Shown: piece after piece, positions 26,882 through 35,901 of the stretch | Numbering within the stretch: position 1 is the stretch's first letter | Layout of the letters: each line of letters opens with the position of its first letter | Source of the DNA: an uncultured Candidatus Saccharibacteria bacterium | GTDB lineage: Bacteria > Patescibacteriota > Minisyncoccia > Minisyncoccales > GWA2-38-27 | Reading direction: 5' to 3' | Length of the DNA: 45,409 nucleotides | Assembly: GCA_964469955.1 (NCBI GenBank) | Contig: CAYXZK010000005.1 | Location: forward strand, 1 to 45,409 | Notes under the pieces: model-generated | Databases searched by the model: none | Told to the model about the DNA's origin: nothing | The model's input: only the letters and a program-made list of their open reading frames with translations | Program-made: the position numbers and the translations under genes

Positions 26882-29358
26882 ATTACAAAATTGATTATTT
26901 TTCCTGGAACAAAAATTGTTTTTTTAATCTCTCTTTTTCCGATGAATCGTATTATTTTCTCTTGGGATAAAACACTTTTTTCAACTTCTTCTTTAGAAAC
27001 GCCTTCTTCTATTTCTATTGTAGCGCGGACTTTTCCGTTAATCTGAACAGCCAAAATTGAATTTCTCTCTTTTGTTAATTCTAGACTGTATTCAGGCCAT
27101 TTCTGTTTATGAATGCTTCCCTTATAACCGCTTTTGTTCCAAATTTCCTCCGCAATATGCGGCGCAAAAGGAGTTAGTATCTTTAAGAATGATTTAAAAT
27201 CTTTTTCGCTTAAAGCACTTATGTCTTCTTGCCAAATATTGGAAAATTCCATTAAGGAACTAATGGCTGTATTAAGCTTTAAGTTTTCAATGTTTTCTGA
27301 AACTTTTTTAATTGTTCTGTGAAGTAATTTTTCCAATTTAACAGAACTCTTCTTCTTATTTTCTTTTTTAATAAAAAATTCAGAACATATCTTCCAAATT
27401 TTATTTAAAAATCTTTCTATCCCTTTTATGCCTTTTGTGTCCCAAGGAATCATTTGTTCAAAAGGTCCCATAAACATTTCATAAATTCTCATAGCATCAG
27501 CCCCATAACTTTCCAAAACCTCGTTTGGGTTAATCACATTGCCTTTTGATTTTGACATTTTAATGCCTCCTTGTCCCAGAATTATTCCGTGCGAAGTTCT
27601 CTTCTTATAAGGTTCAGGTCCTATTGATTTTGGAACTAATCCAATGTCCCACAGAAATTTGTAAATAAAACGAGAATAAAGCAAATGCAAGGTGGTGTGC
27701 TCCATTCCTCCATTGTACCAATCAACAGGCATCCATTGTTTCAATAATTTTTGAGAAGCTAAATTTTTGTCGTTATTGGGATCGCAAAAACGAATATAAT
27801 ACCAATTAGAACCAGCCCAATTAGGCATAACATCGGTTTCTCTTTGAGCGTCTCCGCCACATCGCGGACATTTAACTTTAACCCAATTCTGGATTTTTGA
27901 AAGAGGTGATTCGCCTGAATCTGCTGGTTTATACTCTCTAACTTTAGGCAACTTAACTGGCAAATCTTTTTCTGGAACAGGCACCCAGCCACACCGCGCG
28001 CATTTAATCATGGGAATTGGCTCTCCCCAATAGCGTTGCCTTGAAAAAACCCAATCTCTTAATTTATAATTCACGCTTTTTTGAGCTAAACCCTTTTTTT
28101 CTAACCAATCTTGGATCCTCTGACGAGCATTTTTAGAATCTAAACCGCTAAAATTCCCAGAATTTATTAAGCTTCCTTCTCCTGCGTAAACTTTTTTAAA
28201 ATTGTTTTTTGGGATTGTTTTCGAAACTTCTCTTCTGAACTCATCTTCTCCTTGGTATGGCTTGATAACTTCAAGAATGGGAAGATTTTGCTTTTGAGCG
28301 AAATCAAAATCTCTTTGATCGTGCGCAGGCACAGCCATAATTGCGCCTGTACCGTAATGGATCAGAACATAGTCAGCTATAAAAATGGGAACTTCTTTGT
28401 TATTAACAGGATTAATGGCTTTAACTCCTCTTAATTCTATGCCTTGCTTCTCCTTATTAAGACTAAGTCTATCTTTTTCTGTTCTCTCTTTTGCTTTTTT
28501 AATATAATCTTGAACATTTTTGTAGTTTTTAATTTGCTTTCCAATTTTTTCTATTAAAGGATGTTCTGGCGCCAGAACAAGATAAGTGCATCCAAACAAA
28601 GTGTCTGGCCTTGTTGTAAAGACAGAAAGCGTTAAATCCAAATTCAAGATTGAAAATTTTATTTCCACTCCTTGGCTCTTGCCAATCCATTCTTTTTGAG
28701 AGACCTTAACTCTTTCCGGATAATCAACTTTATCCAAATCTTTAATTAATCTTTCGGCGTATTTCGTTATCTTTAACATCCATTGCTCTTTTTCTTTTCT
28801 AACTACTTGCGCGCCGCAACGTTCGCAGCAACCGCTGATAACCTCTTCATTAGCTAAACCGATTTTACAAGAAGGGCACCAATTTATCGCTATTTTGGAT
28901 TTATACGCCAAGCCTTTTTTAAAAAGCTGTAAAAATATAAATTGAGTCCATTTATAATAAGATGGATCTGTTGTATTGATTTCTCTACTCCAATCAAAAG
29001 AAAGGCCCAGTTTTTCCTGCTGTTTCTTGAAATTAACGCTATTTTTACGCGTAACAATGCTAGGATGAATACCTGTTTTAACAGCAAAATTTTCCGTCGG
29101 TAAACCAAAAGCGTCCCAACCCATAGGAAATAAAACATTCAGCCTTTGCATTCTTTTTTGGCGCGCCAATATATCTAAAGCCACGTAACTACGGCAATGG
29201 CCAACATGCAGGCCTTCGCCCGAAGGATAAGGAAATTCAACTAAGATATAATATTTTTTCTTTTTAGATTCGTTTGACGCTTGAAAAATTTTTTGTTTTT
29301 TCCAAAATTTTTGCCACTTTGGCTCAATTTTTTGTGGATTATATTTTTTGAAAATCAT
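26878..29358 (-). CDS. leuS: Leucine--tRNA ligase
   Basis: FPYPSGEGLHVGH, FTTRPDT, SRQRYWGEP, KMSKS; ATG at 29358 preferred. Confidence 0.98.
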   Translation of the reverse strand: MIFKKYNPQKIEPKWQKFWKKQKIFQASNESKKKKYYILVEFPYPSGEGLHVGHCRSYVALDILARQKRMQRLNVLFPMGWDAFGLPTENFAVKTGIHPSIVTRKNSVNFKKQQEKLGLSFDWSREINTTDPSYYKWTQFIFLQLFKKGLAYKSKIAINWCPSCKIGLANEEVISGCCERCGAQVVRKEKEQWMLKITKYAERLIKDLDKVDYPERVKVSQKEWIGKSQGVEIKFSILNLDLTLSVFTTRPDTLFGCTYLVLAPEHPLIEKIGKQIKNYKNVQDYIKKAKERTEKDRLSLNKEKQGIELRGVKAINPVNNKEVPIFIADYVLIHYGTGAIMAVPAHDQRDFDFAQKQNLPILEVIKPYQGEDEFRREVSKTIPKNNFKKVYAGEGSLINSGNFSGLDSKNARQRIQDWLEKKGLAQKSVNYKLRDWVFSRQRYWGEPIPMIKCARCGWVPVPEKDLPVKLPKVREYKPADSGESPLSKIQNWVKVKCPRCGGDAQRETDVMPNWAGSNWYYIRFCDPNNDKNLASQKLLKQWMPVDWYNGGMEHTTLHLLYSRFIYKFLWDIGLVPKSIGPEPYKKRTSHGIILGQGGIKMSKSKGNVINPNEVLESYGADAMRIYEMFMGPFEQMIPWDTKGIKGIERFLNKIWKICSEFFIKKENKKKSSVKLEKLLHRTIKKVSENIENLKLNTAISSLMEFSNIWQEDISALSEKDFKSFLKILTPFAPHIAEEIWNKSGYKGSIHKQKWPEYSLELTKERNSILAVQINGKVRATIEIEEGVSKEEVEKSVLSQEKIIRFIGKREIKKTIFVPGKIINFVI

Positions 29359-29577
29359 ATAGTTGCGCGTGTCTAATTTATTATAATAACACAATTAAAA
29401 CTTTTTAAAAAGCTGAATTCTTTCTAATCTAACATTCGCGTGGTTTATGTTTACGCCCAGCAGCCCATGTCCACTGGTAAATTCCGAATCTTTGCGAGTT
29501 GCCATTTAATAGATAATTTCTTATACTAAATGCCACAAAAAGCTATTTAACAAAAAAATAAAAGGAAAGGAGGATAA

Positions 29578-30078
29578 ATGAACGATTTTAAGGAAAATTT
29601 GAAATTATTTCTTAGTAAAGCTAAAAATTTAGACACAGGGTTATACGCTAAAATCTCTGACCCCAAACAATTATATAAAATTTGGAAAAAAGCTTGTCCT
29701 GGAAGCAAACGAGAAAAAAGAATTGAGGATATATTGGTAGAAATATATTCTAAAATATCTAATGCTAAGCAATTGATAAAACTTTGGAGAGACGTTTCTG
29801 CCGAGGATAAACTCAGAGAAATCATTGAAGATAGATTAGTAGAAGTATGCTTTGAAATTTTTGATCCCGAAAAACTAAATGAACTTTGGGGGGAAACTTC
29901 TGCTAAAACTAAACCAGAAAAAATAATTAACAACAGGACAATAGAAGTAATTAGAGCTATTCCGCCCGATAATGCTCCAAAATGGTTTAAAGAAATTATT
30001 CTTGGCAAAAGGAAAATTCTCAAGTTCGCGCAAAACGAAATTGAAGAAAAAGCTCAAGAAATATATGAAAAAATATAA
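29578..30078 (+). CDS. Hypothetical protein with three 34-aa helical repeats
   Basis: SD AAAGGAGG; internal repeats; own terminator. Confidence 0.8.
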   Translation: MNDFKENLKLFLSKAKNLDTGLYAKISDPKQLYKIWKKACPGSKREKRIEDILVEIYSKISNAKQLIKLWRDVSAEDKLREIIEDRLVEVCFEIFDPEKLNELWGETSAKTKPEKIINNRTIEVIRAIPPDNAPKWFKEIILGKRKILKFAQNEIEEKAQEIYEKI

Positions 30079-30107
30079 TTCTTGAGCAGAAACTAAAGCT
30101 AAAACCA

Positions 30108-30139
30108 AGCTGTGAATATTATATATTCCACGGCTTTTT
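30108..30139 (+). terminator. Intrinsic terminator
   Basis: AAGCTGTG-AATATTATATATTC-CACGGCTT followed by TTT. Confidence 0.65.
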
Positions 30140-30163
30140 CTTTACTAATTTAACTATTCAATA

Positions 30164-30235
30164 ATCTGTAGATTTGTAGATTTGTAAAGGATCGCACCCT
30201 TGCAAACTATTGTCGGCTATTGCATAGCCGACAAT
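30164..30235. repeat. REP-like palindrome pair with 8-mer stutter
   Basis: ATCTGTAG ATTTGTAG A; TTTGTAAAGG-ATCGCA-CCCTTGCAAA (30181-30206); perfect ATTGTCGGCTAT-TGC-ATAGCCGACAAT (30209-30235). Confidence 0.65.
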
Positions 30236-30265
30236 TATTCAACAACCTATTTAAGGTTATAAAAT

Positions 30266-30294
30266 TTGACAAATAACCCATTTTATATTATATT
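30266..30294 (+). promoter_or_regulatory. Sigma70 promoter of the receiver-domain pair
   Basis: TTGACA (30266-30271), 17-bp spacer, TATATT (30289-30294). Confidence 0.7.
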
Positions 30295-30336
30295 ACAAAA
30301 AGTTGTTTAACAAATAAAAAAAGAAAGGAGAAGCAA

Positions 30337-30711
30337 ATGAATGAAACAGAAAAAATAAAGATTTTAATTCTTGAAGAAAAAGAACAGAATGGCAAGAATT
30401 TGTCGAATAATCTCTTTGCTGAGTTTTCAGGACGAGAAATTTCGGCCACTCAAGATACGGGAACAGTGGTTGATATGATTTCAAATTCCGAGATAGATCT
30501 AATAATTGCCGATGTTGATAAATTGGAATTATTAAGAATAGAAGAAAACTTCGATCTAATTAACTGGGTAAAGGATTATGCGCCGAAAAAAATTCCGATT
30601 GTTCTAATTGGCGATAGAGAGAACCCACCTGTGAAACATTTAGGAGAGATTTTTTTACAAAAACCTATTGATATGGATGAATTAGAAGGGTTAATAGAAC
30701 ACCTAATTTAA
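30337..30711 (+). CDS. Atypical stand-alone response-regulator receiver domain
   Basis: KILILEE, DLIIAD, PIVLIG, FLQKPID. Confidence 0.75.
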   Translation: MNETEKIKILILEEKEQNGKNLSNNLFAEFSGREISATQDTGTVVDMISNSEIDLIIADVDKLELLRIEENFDLINWVKDYAPKKIPIVLIGDRENPPVKHLGEIFLQKPIDMDELEGLIEHLI

Positions 30712-30727
30712 ATTAAAGGGAGGAGAA

Positions 30728-31072
30728 ATGAAAATCTTAGTGGTTGACGATGAAAAAGCCGTTAGAATACTTCTGGCGGAATATCTTAAAATGCAGGATT
30801 TCCCCTGCATTACGGCAAAGAACGGAAATGAAGCTGTAGAAAGTATTAAGCTTCATTCCTCTTTGGGATTCCCCTTTACGCTAGTCATTACAAATACTAA
30901 AATGCCCAAAATGGAAGGGGTTGAACTCGTAGAATGGATAAAAGACAATTATTCAATCCCAGTTATTTTAATGAGTGGTAATCCAGAGCCAAGGCATCGA
31001 GCAGATGCCTTCATTGGCAAACCTTTTGATTTTAAAGTGGTTAAGGCTTTAATTAAAACCTTAACCACATAA
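30728..31072 (+). CDS. CheY-like stand-alone receiver domain (phosphoacceptor Asp replaced by Asn)
   Basis: KILVVDDE, LVITNTKMPKMEG, PVILMSG, FIGKPF. Confidence 0.9.
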   Translation: MKILVVDDEKAVRILLAEYLKMQDFPCITAKNGNEAVESIKLHSSLGFPFTLVITNTKMPKMEGVELVEWIKDNYSIPVILMSGNPEPRHRADAFIGKPFDFKVVKALIKTLTT

Positions 31073-31077
31073 CGCAA

Positions 31078-31107
31078 AAAGCCAGATAAAAATAAATATC
31101 TGGCTTT
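31078..31107. terminator. Terminator hairpin between convergent genes
   Basis: AAAGCCAGATA...TATCTGGCTTT. Confidence 0.7.
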
Positions 31108-31114
31108 GCTATTT

Positions 31115-31960
31115 TTAGATTTGAAAAAGATTGCGCGCGTTTTGCGTAGTAATTTCAGCTATTTCGTTATAATCAACTCCTTTAATTTTAGCAATTTTTT
31201 CAGCTACATATTTAACAAACAAAGGCTCGTTCCGTTCTACGCCTGCTTCTGGAGGCGTTAAATAAGGAGCATCGGTTTCAATTAAAATTCTTTCCAAGGG
31301 CGTCTTTTGAATAACTTTATCTAAATTTAATTTAAAAATTATACCATTAAAACCGAGAAAAAATCCCATTTCTAAATACTTCTGCGCTTCACGCCATTTG
31401 CCTGTAAAACAATGGATTACACCTCTTTTCCCAAAACTGCTAGCAGCTTCAGGACGAAAATCTTTGAGAATTTTGATTAAATCTTGATGCGCTTTTCTGC
31501 AATGAAAAATTATTGGCAAATCCAGTTCTTGGGCAAGCTCTATTTGTTCTAAAAGGACCTGTTTTTGTTTTATTTTTAATAATTCTAATTCTTTTTCTGA
31601 TTCAGGCGCGTAATAGTAATCAAGCCCTATTTCTCCAACAGCTTTAACTTTTTTTGATTGAGCTAATTGCCTATATTTCTCCTTATTGAAATCCTCTCCA
31701 TTAATAACAAAATCACCTTCTTCGGGATCTGTCTTGAATTTAATAAATCCATTTTTTAAATGGATTGGATGTAAACCGATTGCTGAATAAATACCTGTTT
31801 TATATTGTTCAGCAATTTCTATTGTTTTTTTTGATGTTTGGTAATTCGTGCCAACATTTATTATTTCTAAATTGTTTTGTAAAGATTTTTGAATAACTTG
31901 ATCCCAATCTTTATTAAACGCTTTGAAATTTAAATGAGCATGCGTGTCAATTAATCTCAT
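31115..31960 (-). CDS. tatD: TatD-family nuclease
   Basis: IDTHAHL, GLHP, GEIGLDY, HCR, HCF, ETDAPYL. Confidence 0.95.
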   Translation of the reverse strand: MRLIDTHAHLNFKAFNKDWDQVIQKSLQNNLEIINVGTNYQTSKKTIEIAEQYKTGIYSAIGLHPIHLKNGFIKFKTDPEEGDFVINGEDFNKEKYRQLAQSKKVKAVGEIGLDYYYAPESEKELELLKIKQKQVLLEQIELAQELDLPIIFHCRKAHQDLIKILKDFRPEAASSFGKRGVIHCFTGKWREAQKYLEMGFFLGFNGIIFKLNLDKVIQKTPLERILIETDAPYLTPPEAGVERNEPLFVKYVAEKIAKIKGVDYNEIAEITTQNARNLFQI

Positions 31961-33390
31961 ATCCTGGGAAATAAAACTTTACTTTTTTTGTTTTTAATTT
32001 GTTGAATTATTTGCATTGATGTTTGAGGTAAAAAGGGTTCAAGCATTTGAGAGATATTGGTTAAAGCAATTAATAAATCATTGATAATTAGTAATTTGTT
32101 TTTTGTATCCTCCCAAGGCCTTTGTTCTTCAATATATTTATCGCAAAAACTGATTAATTTCCATATTTCAATTAACGCCTCGTTAAACTTAAAATTATCT
32201 AATGCTTTTTTATAATTTTTCCAAATTGTTTTAATTTCTTTGTTCATTAAATTTTGCGCTTTAACTTTTGGCGTTTTGGTTTTACTTGCCATTGTTATTA
32301 CTCTTGCCACTAAATTTCCTAAGCCTGAAGCCAAATCCGCGTTATACCTTGCTTCAAATTTTTCATAAGTAAAATCGCCATCTTCTGTAGATAGAATTTC
32401 TCGCAAAAGATAATATCTAATTGGATCAGTCCCATATTTTCTATTTAATTCAAAAGGATCAATCACATTGCCTAACGATTTTGACATTTTCTGATGAGCA
32501 ACGTTCACAAAACCATGTACTAAGATTTTCTTGGGCAACTTCAACCCAAGAGATAAAAGTAACGCAGGCCAAATCAAGGCATGGAACCTTAATATGTCTT
32601 TACCAATACAATGAACGTCAACTGGCCAATATTTTTCAAATTTATGGTTGTTTTCAGGGTAGCCAAGAGCTGAAATATAGTTTAAAAGAGCGTCTGCCCA
32701 AACATAAATTGTTTGAGTCGAATCTTCCGGGACCATTATGCCCCATTCCAATTTTGACCTTGTTCTTGAAAAACTTACATCTGTCAAACCTTGTTTGATC
32801 AAGCTCAAGATTTCGTTTTTTCTTGTTTCTGGAATAATTTTAAGCTTATCTTTTTCTATAAGATTTTTAAGTTTCTCGGAATACTTAGAAAGTTTAAAAA
32901 AATAATTTTCTTCTGCGATTATTTCTGGTTTTTTAGAATGAAGAGAGCATTTGCCATCTATTAAATCTTTTTCTAAAATAAAAGCTTCGCATCCCACGCA
33001 ATACAAGCCCGTATATTTCCGCTTATAAATGGCCCGATTCTTTTCTAATTTTAGCCAAATTTTTTTAACGCAAGGCCAATGCCTTTTTTTGTCAGTTGTC
33101 CTAATAAAATCATCGTTTGACAAATTAAAAACTTTTTTTAATTCTTTGTATTTTTGCGTAATCTCGTTAACGAATTCCTGCGGTTTTTTATTAATCTCCT
33201 TAGCCTTCCGCGCGATTTTCAAGCCATGTTCGTCTGTGCCTGTTAAGAAAAAAACATCATCGCCTAAGATACGATGATAACGAGCCAGAACATCAGCTTG
33301 CACAGATTCTAAAACAAACCCTAAATGAGGAAAAGCATTGGTATAAGCAATGCTGGTTGTGATATAAAATTTTCTTTTTACCGCGCTCAT
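31957..33390 (-). CDS. metG: Methionine--tRNA ligase (short form)
   Basis: YITTSIAY..PHLGF, GTDEHG, YVWADAL, GKDILRFH, KMSKS. Confidence 0.97.
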   Translation of the reverse strand: MSAVKRKFYITTSIAYTNAFPHLGFVLESVQADVLARYHRILGDDVFFLTGTDEHGLKIARKAKEINKKPQEFVNEITQKYKELKKVFNLSNDDFIRTTDKKRHWPCVKKIWLKLEKNRAIYKRKYTGLYCVGCEAFILEKDLIDGKCSLHSKKPEIIAEENYFFKLSKYSEKLKNLIEKDKLKIIPETRKNEILSLIKQGLTDVSFSRTRSKLEWGIMVPEDSTQTIYVWADALLNYISALGYPENNHKFEKYWPVDVHCIGKDILRFHALIWPALLLSLGLKLPKKILVHGFVNVAHQKMSKSLGNVIDPFELNRKYGTDPIRYYLLREILSTEDGDFTYEKFEARYNADLASGLGNLVARVITMASKTKTPKVKAQNLMNKEIKTIWKNYKKALDNFKFNEALIEIWKLISFCDKYIEEQRPWEDTKNKLLIINDLLIALTNISQMLEPFLPQTSMQIIQQIKNKKSKVLFPRI

Positions 33391-33417
33391 AGTTATCACC
33401 TACTGCCTATTACTTAT

Positions 33418-33494
33418 CATTAATAATTGATTATTGATAATTGATCAGTGATTATTGATTATTAATTAGTGGTTGCTGATCGTTGACCAACGAC
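33418..33494. repeat. Degenerate heptamer tandem repeat (11 units), extending into the AI-2E C-terminus
   Basis: CATTAAT AATTGAT TATTGAT AATTGAT CAGTGAT TATTGAT TATTAAT TAGTGGT TGCTGAT CGTTGAC CAACGAC. Confidence 0.85.
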
Positions 33495-34522
33495 TCTTCT
33501 TCCTTGGTTTCTCTTTCTTTTTTCTTCTGGAGAAACTCTTTAAGGAATTCAAACAATATACCCGCCAAAGGAATTGCCAAAAACGCGCCCAAGATGCCCC
33601 AAAGACTAGCTCCAATAATTAAAGCAATCACAACTAAAACAGGCGGAATACCGATAATCCTTTTCATCAATAAAGGCGACAACACATTAGCGTCAATTTG
33701 TTGAATTAAGAAAAACACGATTAAAACAAATATCGCTTTTAACATTTCGGTAGGAAAAATAATAAAGAAAAGCAATATCATTGTAAAAAACGGACCGATA
33801 TAAGGAATAAAATTAAACGCTCCCGCGAACAACGCTAAAACAAAAGGATATTCAACGTTAAAAATTAAAAATGTTATATAAGAAGCTAAACCTACAAATA
33901 AAGAAGCAATTACCCTAGCTCCAAACCAACCAGCAACCTTTTTTTGACATTTGTTCCAAATGCCCAAAATATTATTTTCGTGTTTCTTGGGAAAAAGAAG
34001 AATCAGCGCTTTTTGAATTGCTTTTTCTTCAAGCGAAAGGAAAACCGCTATAGTAATTATTCCTAAAAACGAGAAAATACCGCCAAAAAGAACAAACAAA
34101 ACACTAAAGATACTGCCGGACATTTTTTCCAAGGTAGTGCTAATGCTTTTTATAAAACTCTCCATACTTTCAAATGCTTGAAATCCAAGCCCTTGCAAAG
34201 GAGGAGATATTTTTTCAAAATATTCTGGGAACGAAGATAAAAAGACGCCAACTTCAGAAGCAATTAAAGGAATAATTAAATAAACCAACACAACAAATAT
34301 CCCAAAAAAACCAAAATACACGAATGTAATGCCAACAATGCGAGGAATTTTTTTCTTTTGGAGAAAATCAATAGCAGGATCAAATAAAATTGAGATCACT
34401 AACGCAAAAATAAACCAGACAATTATATCCTTGATAGCGTAAATAAGATAAATCCCAATAACAGATAAAGAAATCTTTATAATTGTCTTCCACGATATAT
34501 CTAATATTTTTTCATTATTCAT
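33452..34522 (-). CDS. AI-2E family transporter
   Basis: FNFIPYIGP, QQIDANVLSP, WGILGAFLAIP. Confidence 0.92.
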   Translation of the reverse strand: MNNEKILDISWKTIIKISLSVIGIYLIYAIKDIIVWFIFALVISILFDPAIDFLQKKKIPRIVGITFVYFGFFGIFVVLVYLIIPLIASEVGVFLSSFPEYFEKISPPLQGLGFQAFESMESFIKSISTTLEKMSGSIFSVLFVLFGGIFSFLGIITIAVFLSLEEKAIQKALILLFPKKHENNILGIWNKCQKKVAGWFGARVIASLFVGLASYITFLIFNVEYPFVLALFAGAFNFIPYIGPFFTMILLFFIIFPTEMLKAIFVLIVFFLIQQIDANVLSPLLMKRIIGIPPVLVVIALIIGASLWGILGAFLAIPLAGILFEFLKEFLQKKKERETKEEESLVNDQQPLINNQ

Positions 34523-34571
34523 AAATATTTTATACAGATTACGAATCCTCGCGGGTCGGCGAATCCCCGTG

Positions 34572-34628
34572 AATTGGTTCTTTTTAGATCGTCCAAGTCC
34601 AACCCAAACAACCTGAAAAAGAGCAATT
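34572..34628 (-). other. Long G-U-rich RNA hairpin immediately after the M16 peptidase stop
   Basis: On the - strand AGGUUGUUUGGGU pairs fully with ACUUGGACGAUCU (6 G-U pairs), extended by UUUUU/AAAAA and AAUUG/CAAUU. Confidence 0.6.
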
Positions 34629-34630
34629 TA

Positions 34631-35899
34631 TTAGAACTTAAGCGCTCTCTTAAGTTTATCTTTGTCTTTAAACGGTCCGATTAACGCTAAATTTAATTTC
34701 TCTGGACGAAAAATATCCTGTGCGGCATCAAGGACATCCGTGGATGAAACTTTGTCAATTTCAGCACAAATTTCTTTAGGACTTAAAATCTTTTTTTCTG
34801 TTACTTCTTGTCCACCGTAAAAAAATGCTTGTGCTTCAGATGTTTCTAATTTCAGACTAAGCTTACCCCTGAAATACTCTTTAACTTTATTTAATTCTTC
34901 TTGCGGTATTTGTCTTTGAGATATCTTTTTGTATTCTTTTAAAACCGCGGAAATAGCTTTTTCAACTTTAGTATTGTCAACTCCGGCCTGGGTAACCAAA
35001 TAACCATTCTCGGGATAAGACGAAACGCTTGTTTTAACGTAATAAGCTAAACCCAATTCTTCTCTAATTTTAACAAATAAACGCGAACTCATCATCCCAC
35101 CTAAAGCCAAAGCTAAAACTTCTTGAACATATTTCTTGGGATGAAATGAATCATATGCTCTAACGCCTAAGCAAAAATGAGTTTGGTCTGTTTTCTTTTC
35201 TTTTAGAATGAATCTTGGTTCTTTTTGTTCTTCTATTACCGGATATTTCTCAATAATCTTTTTAGTTTCTATGCCAGAAAAATGTTTTTTTATTTTATCA
35301 ATAACTTGTTCGCTACTTGGAATATTGCCGGCAACGCAAACAATTGTATTTAGGGAACTGTATTGCGTCTTCATATAGTCAAAAAGTTGTTTTCTGGAAA
35401 AGCTTAGAACGCTCTCTTTTGTTCCAATTATGTCTCTGCCAGCAGGTTGGTCTCCATAAAGAACTTTATTCCATAAATTTTGGACATAAGAAATAGGATT
35501 GTCAAAATACATATTCATCTCCTCAATAACCACGCCCTTTTCTTTTTTTATCTCTTTTGGGTCTAATTTAGAATTTAAATAAATATCAGAAATAATGTCT
35601 AAAGCCAAATCAAAATTCGTTGAACCAACTTTGGCAAAGTAGCCAGTGTATTCCTCCCCAGTAAAAGCATTATAATATCCACCAATTCTATCTAAAGGCT
35701 CAGAAATAGCAATTTTATCAGGTCTTTTAACCGTTCCCTTAAAAAGAAGATGTTCTAAGAGATGAGAAATTCCGTTTATTTTTTTATCCTCGTATTTTGA
35801 ACCTGTTGCCGCTAAAACCAATACCGTTACTGTTTTTGTTCCTTTTTGCGGAACAGTAATTATCCTCAAACCATTTCTAAGAATTGTTTTTTTAAACAT
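34631..35899 (-). CDS. M16-family zinc metallopeptidase
   Basis: HLLEHLLFKG (HxxEH), NAFT, SSRLF..IREELGLAY. Confidence 0.95.
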   Translation of the reverse strand: MFKKTILRNGLRIITVPQKGTKTVTVLVLAATGSKYEDKKINGISHLLEHLLFKGTVKRPDKIAISEPLDRIGGYYNAFTGEEYTGYFAKVGSTNFDLALDIISDIYLNSKLDPKEIKKEKGVVIEEMNMYFDNPISYVQNLWNKVLYGDQPAGRDIIGTKESVLSFSRKQLFDYMKTQYSSLNTIVCVAGNIPSSEQVIDKIKKHFSGIETKKIIEKYPVIEEQKEPRFILKEKKTDQTHFCLGVRAYDSFHPKKYVQEVLALALGGMMSSRLFVKIREELGLAYYVKTSVSSYPENGYLVTQAGVDNTKVEKAISAVLKEYKKISQRQIPQEELNKVKEYFRGKLSLKLETSEAQAFFYGGQEVTEKKILSPKEICAEIDKVSSTDVLDAAQDIFRPEKLNLALIGPFKDKDKLKRALKF

Positions 35900-35901
35900 A
35901 T

